From assembly GCA_053919585.1 (NCBI GenBank), contig CM132812.1: 64,000 bases of DNA, one strand, 5' to 3'. Shown here in pieces: positions 25,909 through 40,259 of the stretch (position 1 is the first letter of the stretch; each line of letters starts with the position of its first letter). This DNA is from Euprymna scolopes. Lineage: Eukaryota. The notes under the pieces were generated by a model. That model saw nothing but the letters and a program-made list of their open reading frames with translations. It was not told the origin of the DNA and ran no database searches. The position numbers and the translations under genes were made by a program.

Positions 25909-27380
25909 TGTGTGTGTATATATATATATATCCACTTATCTTGTGCTTCCTTTTTTAAAATTAAATGTTTTTAACTCTTTTTCAAGATGTCTTTTAACAT
26001 GTTTTATCAATCATTTTTCATATATATATATACCTATATATATATATGTATATATATATATGTTCTCATACCAGACGCACTCTCAATGTATGTATATATA
26101 TATCTGCCAGTTATACTATGCAACTGGTAGGATTATTTAGTCTGCTATGCAACATTTTAGCTTTGATGTCCAAGCTTGACAATATATATTTAACACCTAC
26201 ATATTCAAGTGAACACCTGTATCAACCAACTTGAATATTAGTATTGCTTGTAATGTAAACACCTTTCTCCCTATCCCAAGTGAAGAGTTTTAATTTTTTA
26301 ATCTTTACTTTTAAAAATGTAAAAGCTATACACTAGTTACCTCCCCTTGACAGCTTATTTTTTTAACACTAAAAACATTATTCAAGAGAATATTTTTCAT
26401 AGGCAACATACAAGTAACAAACTTACTGTCATTTCTAACTAATGTGAGTGAAGAAATCTCTTCAAATAAAAAAGCTACTTAATGCTATTTAAGAATCTTA
26501 ACTTTTTACTGTTTCCTTGCATAGTCCAATTTCCTGAGTCAGTAGTTTACAGCATATATGTAAGATACGGTAGTTACCTCCCCTTCCATAACTTGGAATA
26601 TAAAAATTCAAGAATCTCATTGAAAGGTTTTGAAGAGGATGCCTAGAATGTAAATTAACAAAAGTTAACTGTTCCATAATAAAATGAAGCCATAACTTTA
26701 AACAGAAAGCCACCCACAAAAATTCATTTCACTTACTTTGGTTGGGTTCTGGAAACTGATCTCTTTGGGCTGAAATAAACAATTACACCAAGAAAATCTC
26801 AGACTTTGGGCTGTAAAAGTTTTCTGGAACAAACAGCCAGCACCATAGTTTCCATTTATAAGGAATGAACCCTGCTGCAGAAACGTATGTTATAAAGATG
26901 CTACACAACTAGTCTTCAAAAGATTGATTTTCTTCATGATTAAACATGTTGGATAGGGTACGCAATGAGTATGCCTGATCATCGCTTGAAGCAATGAGTC
27001 CTTTAACTAAGAGCTGCTGGAGTTTATTATATCTATTATATAAAGAATAGTTGTGTGTGTATGTGTGTTTGTACGTCCAGCTAAAAGTCAAAAATACAAA
27101 GCCAAAGAACCACAAAATTAACATATTTTTAATTCACAATGCCTAAGATGAATATATAAAATATAGAATGAATTATTCATTCTTTTGGGGACAACTGGAT
27201 CTATCAGAGTGGGCTGAACAAGGGAGAAAAGAAATAAGATGTTGTAGTAGAAAAATGTTACCCCCCGCCCCCTTCAGGGCAACTAACCCTGCTATAAAAA
27301 AACAAAAACAACTGCTCATCTTCCAGTATTGCAATACAGAGATGAAGGTGGCTAAGTTGTTAATAATATGGACGGACAAC

Positions 27381-27479
27381 CTGGGTTTGCAAAGTTAGAA
27401 TGAGTTTGTTCCATAGAAACACTTTCACTTGATGGTGACAACCTTGACGGTGTCACTTCAATAAGTAACCAATGTCTTT
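27381..27479 (-). CDS. Candidate 99-nt host exon (copy A)
   Basis: TTCTTTCTAG acceptor, open frame RHWLLIEVTPSRLSPSSESVSMEQTHSNFANP, CAG|GTTGTC donor. Indel-free versus copy B with one substitution seen. Confidence 0.25.
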
Positions 27480-29119
27480 CTAGAAAGAATTCTTAGTAGA
27501 AAGATACTAGGGAAATGAATACCAACAATCATCCAATTCACAAAAAATGAATGATTAATGCTTCACAAAAACACTAAAAACAACTTGACTATGGCTAGGG
27601 ATCTTTATCCCTATTTTGTGGTGAGAGTTTAGTTCTGTGCAGTTCTAGGAGGTTCACCCACCCAAGCCTTGCCTTCTATCTTTTAGAAGGGGTTAGTTTA
27701 TTGCTAATCGCCTGAAACACCCTCACCAGGAAGTGCTGATCGAGCTGCCCAGGCACCTTCTGCAAGTCAGAGGGCCCCCTCGTCGGGGCTCAGACTTCTC
27801 AATCTCACTTTCCAACCCTGGTGTCAGAGTTCTTACAGTGAGAGAACTAACATTTGATTCTCTACAGACCAGTCTGAAAAGTCATCCATGCCATGGCAAA
27901 AGATCTAATTATATATATATAAAGACAAGTCAACAGCATTACTTGTTGGAGAGTTTGTGGTTCACACGTTGTCTTCTCAACCAAATGAAGTGGCTCCAGT
28001 ATCAATGATACCAACCCTTCCTATATCACTCCCATGTTAGGCTGTCATTAGAAGATGGTTTGGTTTATAAAAAAATCCTTAGCAGTAATCTTAGTCTTCA
28101 ATACAACTGACCTTCAGCTACTGCTTTCTGGTATCTATTTGCAAACAAAAACGTAGAATCACATTAAATGATATGGTTGAGGATGAACTTGATACTCTGG
28201 CATGAGGTGACCAACTGATTGATTGGTTTTACTCGTAGTCTAAGGGTAAACTGGTTTTCAGGGCATTAAGTTTGTCTGCATGGGTCAAAGTCAGTAAATT
28301 TGTGCGATTAGAACAAAATCTGTTGGAAAAACAGAAAGAATGCCAACCTATTTTTCAAAACGAGTTCGGTATACAAAACTAAATGACATTTTAAAAGGCG
28401 AGTAGTTTTGCTTTTCAAAGAATTACTAGTCGTAAACTTTAGGCTGTTCTGAGAAACTAGATATATGACAGATTAAGAAATAAAAGAAACAATTTCATTT
28501 GTACTGAAAAGTTGAAAAATGAAAACAAGTTTCAATCTTGTGAAGTGAATAAGTATTAATAGGCCAAGACATATTTAAGAAACTATGAATTTAAGTTTTA
28601 AATTATTTAAAATTTATAAGTTATTGATTATTATTATTACCATGTGATCCGCTCGGCTAAAAAGTGCAACATTATTCCACCAGCACCTGACATCTATTGC
28701 CAATCAGCAACTGGCAGTTCTGTACAAAGTGTAACAGAAGCTCATCTATCACATCTTACTTTATGATCAGCTAAGAAGAAATTAATCTATGGACAGTTAA
28801 AAGTGGTTCAAGGACAGTAAAAATGTTATATTGTAAACTGTAATAACAGAGGAACACTTAGCAGCTGAAAAAAGAATGATGCTTTGCACACCATGACTAC
28901 CTCTAGGTTAGCTCTTTTGCCATTATTGGTTACTTTTGCATTCTAGTTTAGAATTGTGTGTGCGACTAAAATTTCTCTGCTGAAGTATCATTAACATTGT
29001 AAATTTTATTTAGCAATACTGAATAATTTGACATACAAAACTCTAGATCACATCTTAAAGTTTAGTTTTTCTTTCCACAGAATTTTTAAAGGATTCTCTG
29101 AAAACTGGACATTTATGAT

Positions 29120-31150
29120 AGATCAAGGGAGGAGGGATAAAGCAGTGGTTCCTAAAACCTTAAATAAAGAAAACGCGGTATCCTCAGGTTCCGTAAACCC
29201 TACTACCCTCGGGTCAGATGGAGATGGAAATCGTTCGCCCTTCGTGTGCTCGTGGGTTTGCTTCTGGTCGCGGGTTGAGCCAACATCGCAGGCATGCCCA
29301 ACTGGAAGATCTCACCCAGGACAGGGTTGCTGGGCCCTGTCCCGGTTCGGCCTGGAGTTCGGAGGAGGATGCGCTATTGTCAGCCTGCGCATCTGAGATG
29401 AGGGATCTGTATCTAACAAAGGTGGAGCTGTGTATTGCGATCTTTCCTCGCTTTGGCCATGTGGCTGAGGCAGTGAGAAAGCGCCTTATTCACCTGGGCA
29501 AGCAGCAGTCTTCAGCAGTGTGATTTGCAGGGCTCTGCCATGGATGATCGGAGCTGGTGGCCAAAGGTGGAGTATCAGCTTGATGCGGGTTGCTGGGGAG
29601 CTGGATTCATCCTTGGATCAGGCTCGCATCGAATTGCGGCAGATTCTTGGTTTAATCCGCCAGGGTACCGACCTGGAGGTGGAAACCAGGCAGATCGACA
29701 CCTTCCTCCTGCGCTACCTTTCCCTGTCCACTGGAGGGGAGGGGGATGATGCGCTAAGATCGGGTCGGCCGCTTCATCACAAGCGGTCTGGGAGGTTGGC
29801 TCACAAGAGTCAGCTTCACAGGAGGAAAGGCTCTAGACCGAGGTCTGTGGCCCCGAAAGGTAACAAGAGGGCATTGCGGAGGGCGGCTTATGCTGCCATT
29901 CAGCGACTTTACAGTGTTAAGAGGAAGGACTGCGCCGACGCGGTCCTCTCTGCGAGATGGATAGATGCTACATTGCATGCTAAACGAGGTCTTCCAGAGG
30001 TGTCCGTAGACTTCTAGGAGCAGAAGTTGTCCGCACCCGGCGAGCCAGATAAAAGACCGGTGCAGTCTATGGGGGCACGAGTGGTGGTCTGTGCTTGCCC
30101 CCTCTGTGAGGAAGAGATGGAGAGTTCCCTAAAGGCTATGCTCAGTTCCTCGCCTGGCTTGGATGGTCTCTCAGCCGATGAGGCCTTGCAGCGGTGCAAA
30201 CTAGTGACAGCCACCTTAAACCTCGTGCTGCTTTGTGAAGCACCTCCGCCTACTCTAATCCGATCTAGAGTCTACCTTATTCCAAAGTCGCAGGATGCTA
30301 GTGAGCCCACCCTCCTGCATCCAATTGCTGTCTCCCCTATACTACTGCGCTGCCTCCATTGTACACTAGCGCAGCGATGGGCTCAGGTGTGTGAATTTCC
30401 CAATCAGTTTGCTTTCCAGGCTAAGGACGGATGCCTGGAAGTTACCACTGTCTGAACGCCATCTTAAAGAGTGCCCATAAGGAGACACGAGATCTGTGCG
30501 GTGATGATCAATGTGTCCAAAGTGTTGGACACCATCAATCACGACTCAATCTGCCGGGCGGTGCTAAGGTTCGCCACACCAGGTCCCTTGGTGCACTACA
30601 TCCGGGCGAATTATGGTGCTGCGACCAGCGTGCTTGGAAACCGGGTTTTTCACCCTACCCGTGATGTTCGCAAGGGTGACCCTTTGTCGCATCTGCTTTT
30701 CAATATAGTCATGTCCAAGCTTGCTTATCCGATGGGGTCAATTGAGGTAGGGGCGTTGGCATATGCTGATGCCTTACTCTCCACTCCCAGACTCAGAGTT
30801 AAGCTTGAGGCGGTGGAGCTAGCTCTGGCGAGATCAGGTATGGTGATCAACCCCCGCTAAATCTCGGTGTCTCGCCATCGTGTCTAACAAGAAGGCGAAA
30901 AACGTACACCTGGCCACAGTGGAGCTCGTCTGGTGCTCAACCAGTCCGAGGCCTAGGGATCACCGATACTTTTGAGCTGCTCAGGGTCAGTTTTGACTGA
31001 AGGGGGATACTTCCCTTTCCACACCGTAAGGTAGTCCATGACTGGCTCAGTGAGTTGCATTCGTCTCCGTTGAAGCCGCAGCAGCGCATTGAGCTCTGGC
31101 GGGGATATGCGATGCCCCGGCTCTTGCATTCAATGGTCTTGGGCAATTTT
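29120..31150 (+). mobile_element. R2-clade non-LTR retrotransposon, degenerate, 3'-truncated (copy A)
   Basis: C2H2-like (R)PSCARGFASGRGLSQHRRHA; Myb-like WSSEEDALL; RRAAYAAIQRLY..RKDCADAVL; RT LIPK, PIAV, KGDPLSHLLFN, LAYAD; PLKPQQR. No RLE endonuclease seen. Confidence 0.85.
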
Positions 31151-31439
31151 TTTTCCTGTTGTAAAGTTCCAATCTTTGATCATAAATATTTTTTTTTTTT
31201 ACTTCTTCAAAATGAAGTAATTATTATACTAAAAACAGATGCAAAATGTCTGCTTTATAAAATGTGAATATCTTAATAGTCTAAAACAAATTATGAATTT
31301 AAGTTTTAAATTATTTAAAACTTGATGTTACATTTGACTTCCAGTAACTTATTTTAAATACTGAAAGAAAACAAAGTATGGGTTATCTCCCCTTGTAATC
31401 ACTACTAAAATAAAATTTTAAATACTGACTGTGCAATCA

Positions 31440-32563
31440 TCCTGTAAGATTCAGAAGACAGAATGTGATGCTTTGCACGTCATTCGAGTTTAAAAGTGAG
31501 TGAGTGATCTCCCTGCTGAAGTATTAGAAAACAAACCTTGTGAATTTTATTTACTAAAAAATTCACAAGCACCAATTCTTTAAACAGGGTATTCAAATAT
31601 ATACCATGCTTAATACACAAACTACAATTAAAATAAAGGATATAATTTTGTTTTCACACAAGTGGTTGCAGTTACTAAAGACAATTTATGTTTCTTTTTC
31701 GAGATTTGGAAAGAAGGGGATAGAAAGTGATAATGGTGGAAATCTATTGGACAGTGTGATTGTTGTTGTACCCCCCCCCCATTTTTTTTTTTTTTTTTAC
31801 CTTACATATAAACTAAATTGTAGACACTGGAAGTAGTGCTCATTGACCAAATTGATAAAGTATAGTCTGCTCCACTTGAAAACTGGAGATATTAGTCTTA
31901 AAAAGGAAAAATTAAAAACACTATATTGTCCACAGAAAATGTTTAAAGCAAGACAATACAGTCTATACCTACATATATCATGTATTCAGAATTTTAATTT
32001 GACACAGACACTAGAAGTGGAAAATAACAACCAGAACATGATGCAACTGTATTCTAATGCAATCATCCTCTAAGATTCTGAAGACAGAATGTGATGCTTT
32101 GCATATTATGAGTACATTTGCGTTTAGAATGTGTGACTAAAATCTCCCTGCTGAAGTATTATAAACAAATCTTGCTAGTTTTATGACCAGTATCAACTCT
32201 TTAAACAAGTTATTCAAATATATACCAGGCTTATTACACAAACTATGATTAAAATAAAGATACAGGATATAATTTTGTTGGGGTTGCAGTTACCGAAGAC
32301 ATAGTTTATGTTTCCTTTTCAAGATTTATAGTTAAAACTAGTTAACATGTGAAAACCAACCAATATATACAAAAAGATTGACGGAGTAGATTTGCAGAGG
32401 GCAAGAAAGAGATAATGGTGGAAATCTGGACAATTGGATCGTCTTTGTAGCCTTTTTAATCTTACATATAAACTAAATTTTTGATACTGAAATAGTGGTC
32501 ATTATTGACCAAATTGATAATCAAAGTATAGGCTGCTCCACTTGAAACAGGAAATATAATCAG

Positions 32564-32610
<47 letters not shown>

Positions 32611-32750
32611 CTGTCCACATGCAAAAATCAGAAAATGTTTAAAGCAAGACAGAGTTTATACCTACATACATCATGTATACAGGGCTCTAATAAATTATTT
32701 CAGAATTTTAATTTGACACTAGAAGTGGAAAATAACCAGAACATCTACAA
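31440..32750. repeat. Local tandem duplication (~630 bp units), related to 28860-29030 and 46480-46760
   Basis: TAAGATTC.GAAGACAGAATGTGATGCTTTGCA at 31445 and 32071; both units end ACACTAGAAGTGGAAAATAAC. Confidence 0.8.
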
Positions 32751-33549
32751 ATGTAGAAAAGTGAAAACAGAAATCAAAAAATCCCCCCCCCCTCATTAAT
32801 CATTATGAAATATTAACTGAATTGTGTCTACATTTTGTTATTGGTGAAGAGATATTTTCCACTTAAGAACCATGAATTTAACAGCTTTTCTGTTTTAAAT
32901 GTCCAAAACAAGTACAGTTGAATTCCTTTTGTAATTGTGAATTTCCTTGCATTAAGTGCAAAGTCTACAATGTTCAACTTGGTATCCCTAGAGATTTAAA
33001 TTGCATTTTAAAAAATTATTTTAGGTTTTGAAAATAAAATACTCCAAGCTTTAGAATATATGTATATTATACACGTTCAACCTATAGTACAAAAATCAAA
33101 TAGATTAATTATAAACTCCTCAAAAAAGGTAAATCTAATGACCCATCCCTCAAATTATACTCGTAAGATCATGCATTTAAAACCTAATAATTAGAAAAAA
33201 AAACAAAAAAACATTAACTTAACTTTAAGCCAATATAAATTTACGAGCTCATTTGAGGAAGGTGTTCATAACAGAATATACATTCTCTGTGTATTCAGAC
33301 AGTTTTCATTAGGCAGATGAAATCGCATGGAGTGTGATTATTCTCTTTTTGGTTTGTAAATTTTCGTCGAATTGTTGCAGATAGAATCCACAGGTTTTGT
33401 TATTTTGCTAAGCTTAAAAAATGTGGCAATTTAGTTTTTAAGGTAGATACAAGTATGACTATTGAATGCTGCATGTGAAATCATGGTCACATATTGGAGG
33501 CGTGGCTAAATAAATGTGGTCACATCATATAGGAGGCGTGGCTAAATAA

Positions 33550-34060
33550 ATGTACGAGCAGTATTTAAATGGGTTAATTCTAATGAAGATATTAATACAG
33601 ATCCTCCAAACTACTGAAGTAAATAAAATCATTGTCTCTCTGGATGTCGGAATTATTTTCACTAATGCCCGAGTACGTAAAACAATGAAGACAATAATTC
33701 ATCTCTTCCTCCACTTAAAACGAACCGTATAATGTAATATAGTTTCTGTTCACACTAAGTTGAGCTATCACAAAGATTGTATTCAGAGTCAAACAACACA
33801 TTCCATCCAAGGTTAGACATGCAAATTATTCACCATCAGGTTTTGAATAATACTTACGGTTCAGACATCTGTGAACACCTTATAATTAACAGCATTTGTG
33901 CCTCCAGGTTTAGTGGACCTGTTCTCCGTCCTGATAAGTCACTCACTTTTCATTTGAAAATTCTTGAAGCCATCTACATAAAGTCTGTGGCCTCTTTGCA
34001 AACAAAAAGATCTTTTAGGACTATCTGATTATTTCCCTACCCCGCTTTGGTCCCCCACAG
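33550..34060 (+). mobile_element. Penelope-like element remnant (RT start plus GIY-YIG tail), internally deleted
   Basis: VSLDV..IFTN.RV..T RT motif; SDICEHL...HLKILEAIYIK endonuclease tail. Confidence 0.7.
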
Positions 34061-36464
34061 TATTTCCATTGATTTTTTTTTTTTTTTTTTTTTTTAATTT
34101 AAAAAATCGTAGTTTAACCTTGCTTTAGTCATGTTGAGTGAGGCACGAAACTAATCAGCCAGGGTTTACATTTTTTACTATTTCATTCAATATGTTGAAT
34201 AAATTTTGTCCATTATATCAAAATTCTGTACTAAATATATTCAATTAATAGGCAATGCTTCAAGTGAAGGTAAAAAAAAAAAAATTCATTTCAATTTGCG
34301 CAGCTAACATGACATCCCTGCTGATGACTTATTTTTAGTTGTTTTTAGTCTTCAAAACCTATCCATGTTGTTTTTAGTCTTCAAAACCTATCCATTTTAG
34401 ATACATAATTTCAATGCAGGTAAAAAAAAAAAAAAAATTCTTATACGTACATACAGTGTAATATTGATTAATATGTACCTATAAGAACTGAAGCTACTAA
34501 TTAAGAGCTCTGCATTTGTGAATAGATATATTTATGGTATCAATTTAGAAAATTTAGATTTTTCTCAAAATTGTTTAACTACAGGTACGGTATATTAATA
34601 CTTCACAATTGGTATGAAAGTGTTCCAAAAGTGATCTTAATTTGTCATGGATCAACCTTTACATTTAATTAAGTCTTATCCTCTAGTGCTAAGACTAGTG
34701 ATGAGCCAAAAGAGACTTGGTTCATAACTTTTCCATAAATGAATACAATAGATCAGTGAGAATTTGAATTCAACACCAATTTCATAGTCTGTGTGGTTAT
34801 CCATTAGGCCCAGGTAATGTGCAAGACGAAAAATTCCAAGTTATACCACCCATCAGACTTTGTTCCTTTTCCATCCAGAAATAACATGATAACTTGTCAT
34901 GGATCAACCAAGAAAACATAATTCAAACAAACAAACGAATGCCAATGAAAAACAAAGAAAAAACCTTGCAGTTCTGAATTTGTAATACATATCGGAAAGA
35001 AGATCCAGATCAGGCAGCAAGGGACACCGTTCGTTGAACCACCAGTTTGCACACCATACTCAAAAAATTAAAAGTGTGCAGTCGATACGATATTAAGACA
35101 GCATTTGAAATTGGTGCATAAAAATACTCGAGAAATTAAAATACTTGAGAAAATTTTTAAAAAAGACGCAATAATTTTATTATAAGATTATGACATGCTG
35201 AACATATTGGCGTTAAAACAAATTTAGTATTACATACGAAGTAGGAAAATAAATTTTTAATCAAAATACAATTATATATCAACATACATTTGGAGTTACT
35301 GTATAATAATAATTTTATTTATGTCAGTAAATCTCACATTGCTAAAAATGCTTCTTACTCGATTCTGTCAACATATCTGGGATATATGTGTTATGAAATT
35401 TAAATACGTAGAAAACTTTCTTAAGACAATGGAAGTGGTTCCAAGTCTTTACGCTATATATAGAAGATATTTACGCACCTACACGGGGATAACACCTCAG
35501 ACTTAAAATATAGATAGCAAATTTTTTATGAATTTCAGTGTATGACAAAGATAAAGAGTTTCCAACATTTCAGCTTCTGATTATATTAACGGACCCAGAA
35601 GCATACAAAACTCTAGATCAGGAAGCATCCATTGGTATTTCAAGGAGTGAACACTTTGAATGAGCTTCCCAATTTAGTTAGGAATGCAGAAGGCATGAAC
35701 GAATTTGATCGCAAACCGATCCAGCCTATGCAGGTGTCTGAGACACAAAGACAAGGAGCAGGAGTTACAGGCTGCATCGTCTTTTTCCTATATCACGTGA
35801 AATAAAGAAAAAATAGAGACCAAGAAATATGGGCCTCAAGTAGTGAATACCTGGAGTGAGTTTCCTAGTTTTTCAATGCAAAAAGACAAACTAATTCATA
35901 TGAGATTACAAAAACTAAGACTAAAAGACGAGGCATAGAGCAGGAGTTACAGGCTGCATAGCCTATTTCCTGAAGAAGTATCAAGCTATATTGGGGTGAA
36001 ATGAGGGCGAAATGGTAAAACAAAGGAATATGGTGTTATAAGAATAATGAAAGTATATATATAGGATTATCAAACAATTATGGTACATGGATACGTATTT
36101 GTTTATCAGTCACATGTGTACTTATTAGTTTCTGTTATTTTCAGATCTTGATCATTGTCAATCTTTATTCGTTGATTAAACAAAGAGCAGACTCTTATTT
36201 AATATATAGTAGAAATCCTCATCCAATCCTAAGCAACGTTGGGTCTTCCTGCTAGTAAATATAAACCAGACGTTTTAACTCACTAAAAAGTTATAGCCTA
36301 TTGACTTCAATGAGTGTTTTATATCAAATTGTTGGTTGAATATAGTTAAATTTGTGCTTTTTGCATTAAATACTAATTTCTATTAATTTTAACTGTGCAT
36401 GAATACTGTAATTCTTAGTTTGCTGCATCTTAAAACCAAGATCCTTAAAAATTTTTTAAAAAAG

Positions 36465-36514
<50 letters not shown>

Positions 36515-39500
36515 CAGCCAGATCGGTGCAGTAGTTTCGGAGACAAAAATGGAATGGACAGAGAAAGACAAAGAAATAAAAATTAATGCTCGCAATTCTT
36601 GATTACCCATGCAGAGGTGATAATAACTATGATTAATATTAACACTTCCACCCAGTCATGGCAGAGAGAACAAGAAAAATCTACCAATTAAATAAAGAGT
36701 TCAGTTTGAAATTCCACAGATTACTGAAAATAAAACGTGTCTGAAAAACTGAATATAAAAAACAATATGAAAATAATCTGAAATCCAGATCAGTTTAGTA
36801 GTTTTGTTTTATGTTATTTAATTTGGTCATTCTGGTGAAAAAATTACGATTTTATGTTCTTTCTAATATTTATTCATGGTGTTTGGTTTTATTGACTTTA
36901 TGTCAAATTGTTGGTTAAATATAGTTTAACTTGTGCTCATTTTTGCATTAAATACTAATTCCTATTAATCTTAACTGTGCATGAAGACTAATTCTTAGTT
37001 TGCTGCATCTTAAAACCAAGGTCCATAAAAAAATACAATTTCAGCCAGATCAGTGCAGTACTTTCGGAGAAAAAAAAAACAAATAAACAGACAGAAATAA
37101 AAGTTTAAGACTCTCACAATTCTTGATTACCCATGCGGTAGTGTTGAAAAGCATTAGTTAACAGTTCTCAATGTTTTGGGACTTGAATATGTGCAAGGTG
37201 ATATAATTAATTAATATTAACACTTCAAACCTAGATAGGGCAAGACAAATCTAATAAAAGAAAGGGTTCTGTTTGAAACTCCACAAAAATAAAATGTGTC
37301 CGAAACCTTGAATATAAAAACCAATATGAAAATAGATTTTAATTCATCAGTCTAGTAGTTTTGTTTTATGGCATATCCACCTTTTCTGTTATTTAATGCC
37401 AAATCTGATCATTTTGTTAAAAAAATAAATTATGATTTCATGTTTTATATATCTTCAAATATTTATTCATGGTGCTTGGTTTGGTTTTACAAAGGAAAAC
37501 ATTTTCTTTTGGCTTGGTAGAACAGGATCGAGTTTTGAAAAGGAAAAGAAAACATCAATGTTTGTTGCTTTTTAGGTCAAGATGGTGGTATCTTTAGGCA
37601 GCCTGATATAGTAAAGTTGATTTTATACTTTTCCCATAATTGAAAATTTTTGAATGTCATATCTTGCTTGATGCAGCCTTTTAGATACATTGATTTTTTT
37701 TTAAGTTAGGAGAGTTGATACAAGACACTTCAGTTTAATTTTCATATTAGAGTATATGGACTATACGTTTGTACAGATACATTTGAAGTTAAATAGCTAT
37801 ACCCTTAGATTGGTCCATTACCAAGAGTTCAAAGAACTGTTAAGGACATTCAAAATCAATTATTAACACGAAACCTAGAACTTTCAGATTTTAGTTGCCA
37901 GCTTCAATTAGCGGATTCGGCAATAAAACGCCAGAGATCAATGCGTTTCCTATGATGTGCATTTGGTACGGTTTCAAGTTTTGGACTAGTTTAAAAACGA
38001 GAATATTCCTCATTTTACCAGGAGTGTGATCAGGTTGTCACAGAAAAAAAAAATGGTAGGAGGGGGAAAGATAGGATTTTAGACACCAAACAAGATCTTG
38101 GTCAAAAGAGACTTCAACTGCAGTGTATAACATTGGTTGGGACTACAATATCAATGATGACCATAATGCTGACAATGTAGAAGGCAAATTTATCTCTAAA
38201 GGACATAATTGGCTCCGACAACGGAAGGTGCCATAAACTTCCACGTGATCATAAATCAAATACAAGACCAAGACATTTTATAGTGTGGCTGAATAAAACA
38301 TGTCCAACCCGTTTCCCCTGCAAGAGTTTAAAAGATTGGTTAAAAAAAAAAAAAAAAAAAAAAAAACTTTTCTCATGCTAATCACTTCATATCAATTGGG
38401 AAAAAACATGGAATTTTTCCCAAGAAATAAACTACATTTCATAATACCTATCAACAAAGAATGGCAACTAGGACACTGATGACCTAGGGACACAGGTATT
38501 AGCAAGAATACGAATTTCATGCTCCCTTAACTCATATATCCTGGAAAAATTTCAACATTCATACAATGGCAGTCACCATTCTCCATTGAATACATACTAC
38601 CTACAAAGATCTACATAAAAACATAGCCAATACCACCGAAAATCTACACACAATCTACGATAAATAACCTTTCATGGCATTAAATGACTTAACTCGATCG
38701 ATATGCTTTTACTGACAGAACTGGTAAAGCGTAATATCAGAACAAATACTACACTTTGCTCCTAGCCAAAAAGCCAAAGTCTTTCAAGCTACCTAAAATG
38801 GTACTAAAAATTCTCCATACCCAACCTGTACAACCCTGCCTTAGTGAAGTAGGGTGGTAGCAACATGGTAGTGTCGGACCAACCTGGTTCAAAGAGCTCT
38901 GATGAAAATCTAGAAGTCAACATAAGGATTGATCATCAAATAGTCTCTCAAATCCATAAGATAAACATACCAGTTACTGCTATGCAACTGTCATTATTTG
39001 GGCCAAACCTTGCCTAACTTTGTATGCATCAGCTGGGTTTTGCTACTTAGTTTTGAACTTCAACACCTGCAATCATACACGTCTAATGAATAGCTTCGGT
39101 TAATGAAAAAAGAAAAAAGCCATATATCACTGAACAGCAATCTACTGAATTCAAATTGAAACATCACAACCTTTTCCCATGTGTAAGTAGCGTAATGATA
39201 GAAGATTGTTTGATATTTATGAGATTCTGACTAAATCTTGCATTCCCTAACCATTAATAGGTTATGTCAGTTTCAATATACATAAATTATTTCCAATAAC
39301 CAACATGACTCCCAAACATTACTGAACTATCATACCCGAATTAAATCATTACATCTAAATAGATTCTCCAACTTATCGACAATCGAAAGTTCTCAGTAAT
39401 CTACTAAACATTTTTTTCGTATTTGTAGACTTGCAACCAAAAACTGAAGTTTTCAGCATTACACACACAAGTGATGGGGTGATTCTAATACTTCACTCCA

Positions 39501-40206
39501 GATTCTGATATAATTACAGATTCTCTTCTATATTCTAGATTCTGACTCAAGAAAAGTTAAAATAAAGAAAATTTCTATTACTTTTGAGGGAGGGGGGTAG
39601 GTTGTTGCTAGCAATCAGTCATTATATAGTTTTTTTTTAATTGACTAACTTCTTAATGTTTTCCCTTTTCATAAAGATTTTGATAGATTTTCAATTATAT
39701 TTTTTTACTTGTGTCAGCAAGAGACAATTGACTTTTAATTTCTTTTTTTTTTTTTAGAAATAATGCTCAAATTATTTTTGAACTCTAATATCAGTTAATA
39801 GTCTCAAAACACACACAAGTGATAGTGCATAACAGTAGGGGAGATAATTCAATATATATTCAAGTGAACACTTGCATCAACAGATGCGAAGTATTAGTAT
39901 TGTTTGCAATGTAAATACAACACCTCCGCCCCCATCAAAAATGAATTTAAGTTTTTTTTAATTCACTAATTTTTTTATAATCTAAGGTTATAAATCTATC
40001 AGTAATTTTGTTAAACTGTCTCGTACGTTATTGTCTGGTCATTGACTGTATCTGAATGTATATACACCCACAACAGTCTTTAGATTAGACAACACTGCTA
40101 GATCATACATATACACAGCACGTAGACATAAATGCCATTATATATACACAGCACCACTACACACATACAAAAATTAACGCTAGACACACAGGTAGATTAT
40201 ATATAG

Positions 40207-40255
<49 letters not shown>

Positions 40256-40259
<4 letters not shown>

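Larger units (their letters stand above)
18893..34639. repeat. Tandem segmental duplication, copy A (~15.7 kb)
   Basis: Collinear with 34657-49984 from CTTT.CATTTAATTAAGTCTTATCC to GTTCCAAAAGTGATCTTA; shares the maT, R2 and Penelope remnants. Confidence 0.95.

Noticed and set aside
27733-28008. 91/93-aa ORF present in both duplicates
   Set aside because: Similarity is explained by the duplication; the C-termini differ by frameshift around a TA microsatellite.
34125-34165. Hammerhead ribozyme remnant after the Penelope fragment (TGAGTGA..CGAAAC)
   Set aside because: The CUGANGA core is not intact and I could not build the stems.
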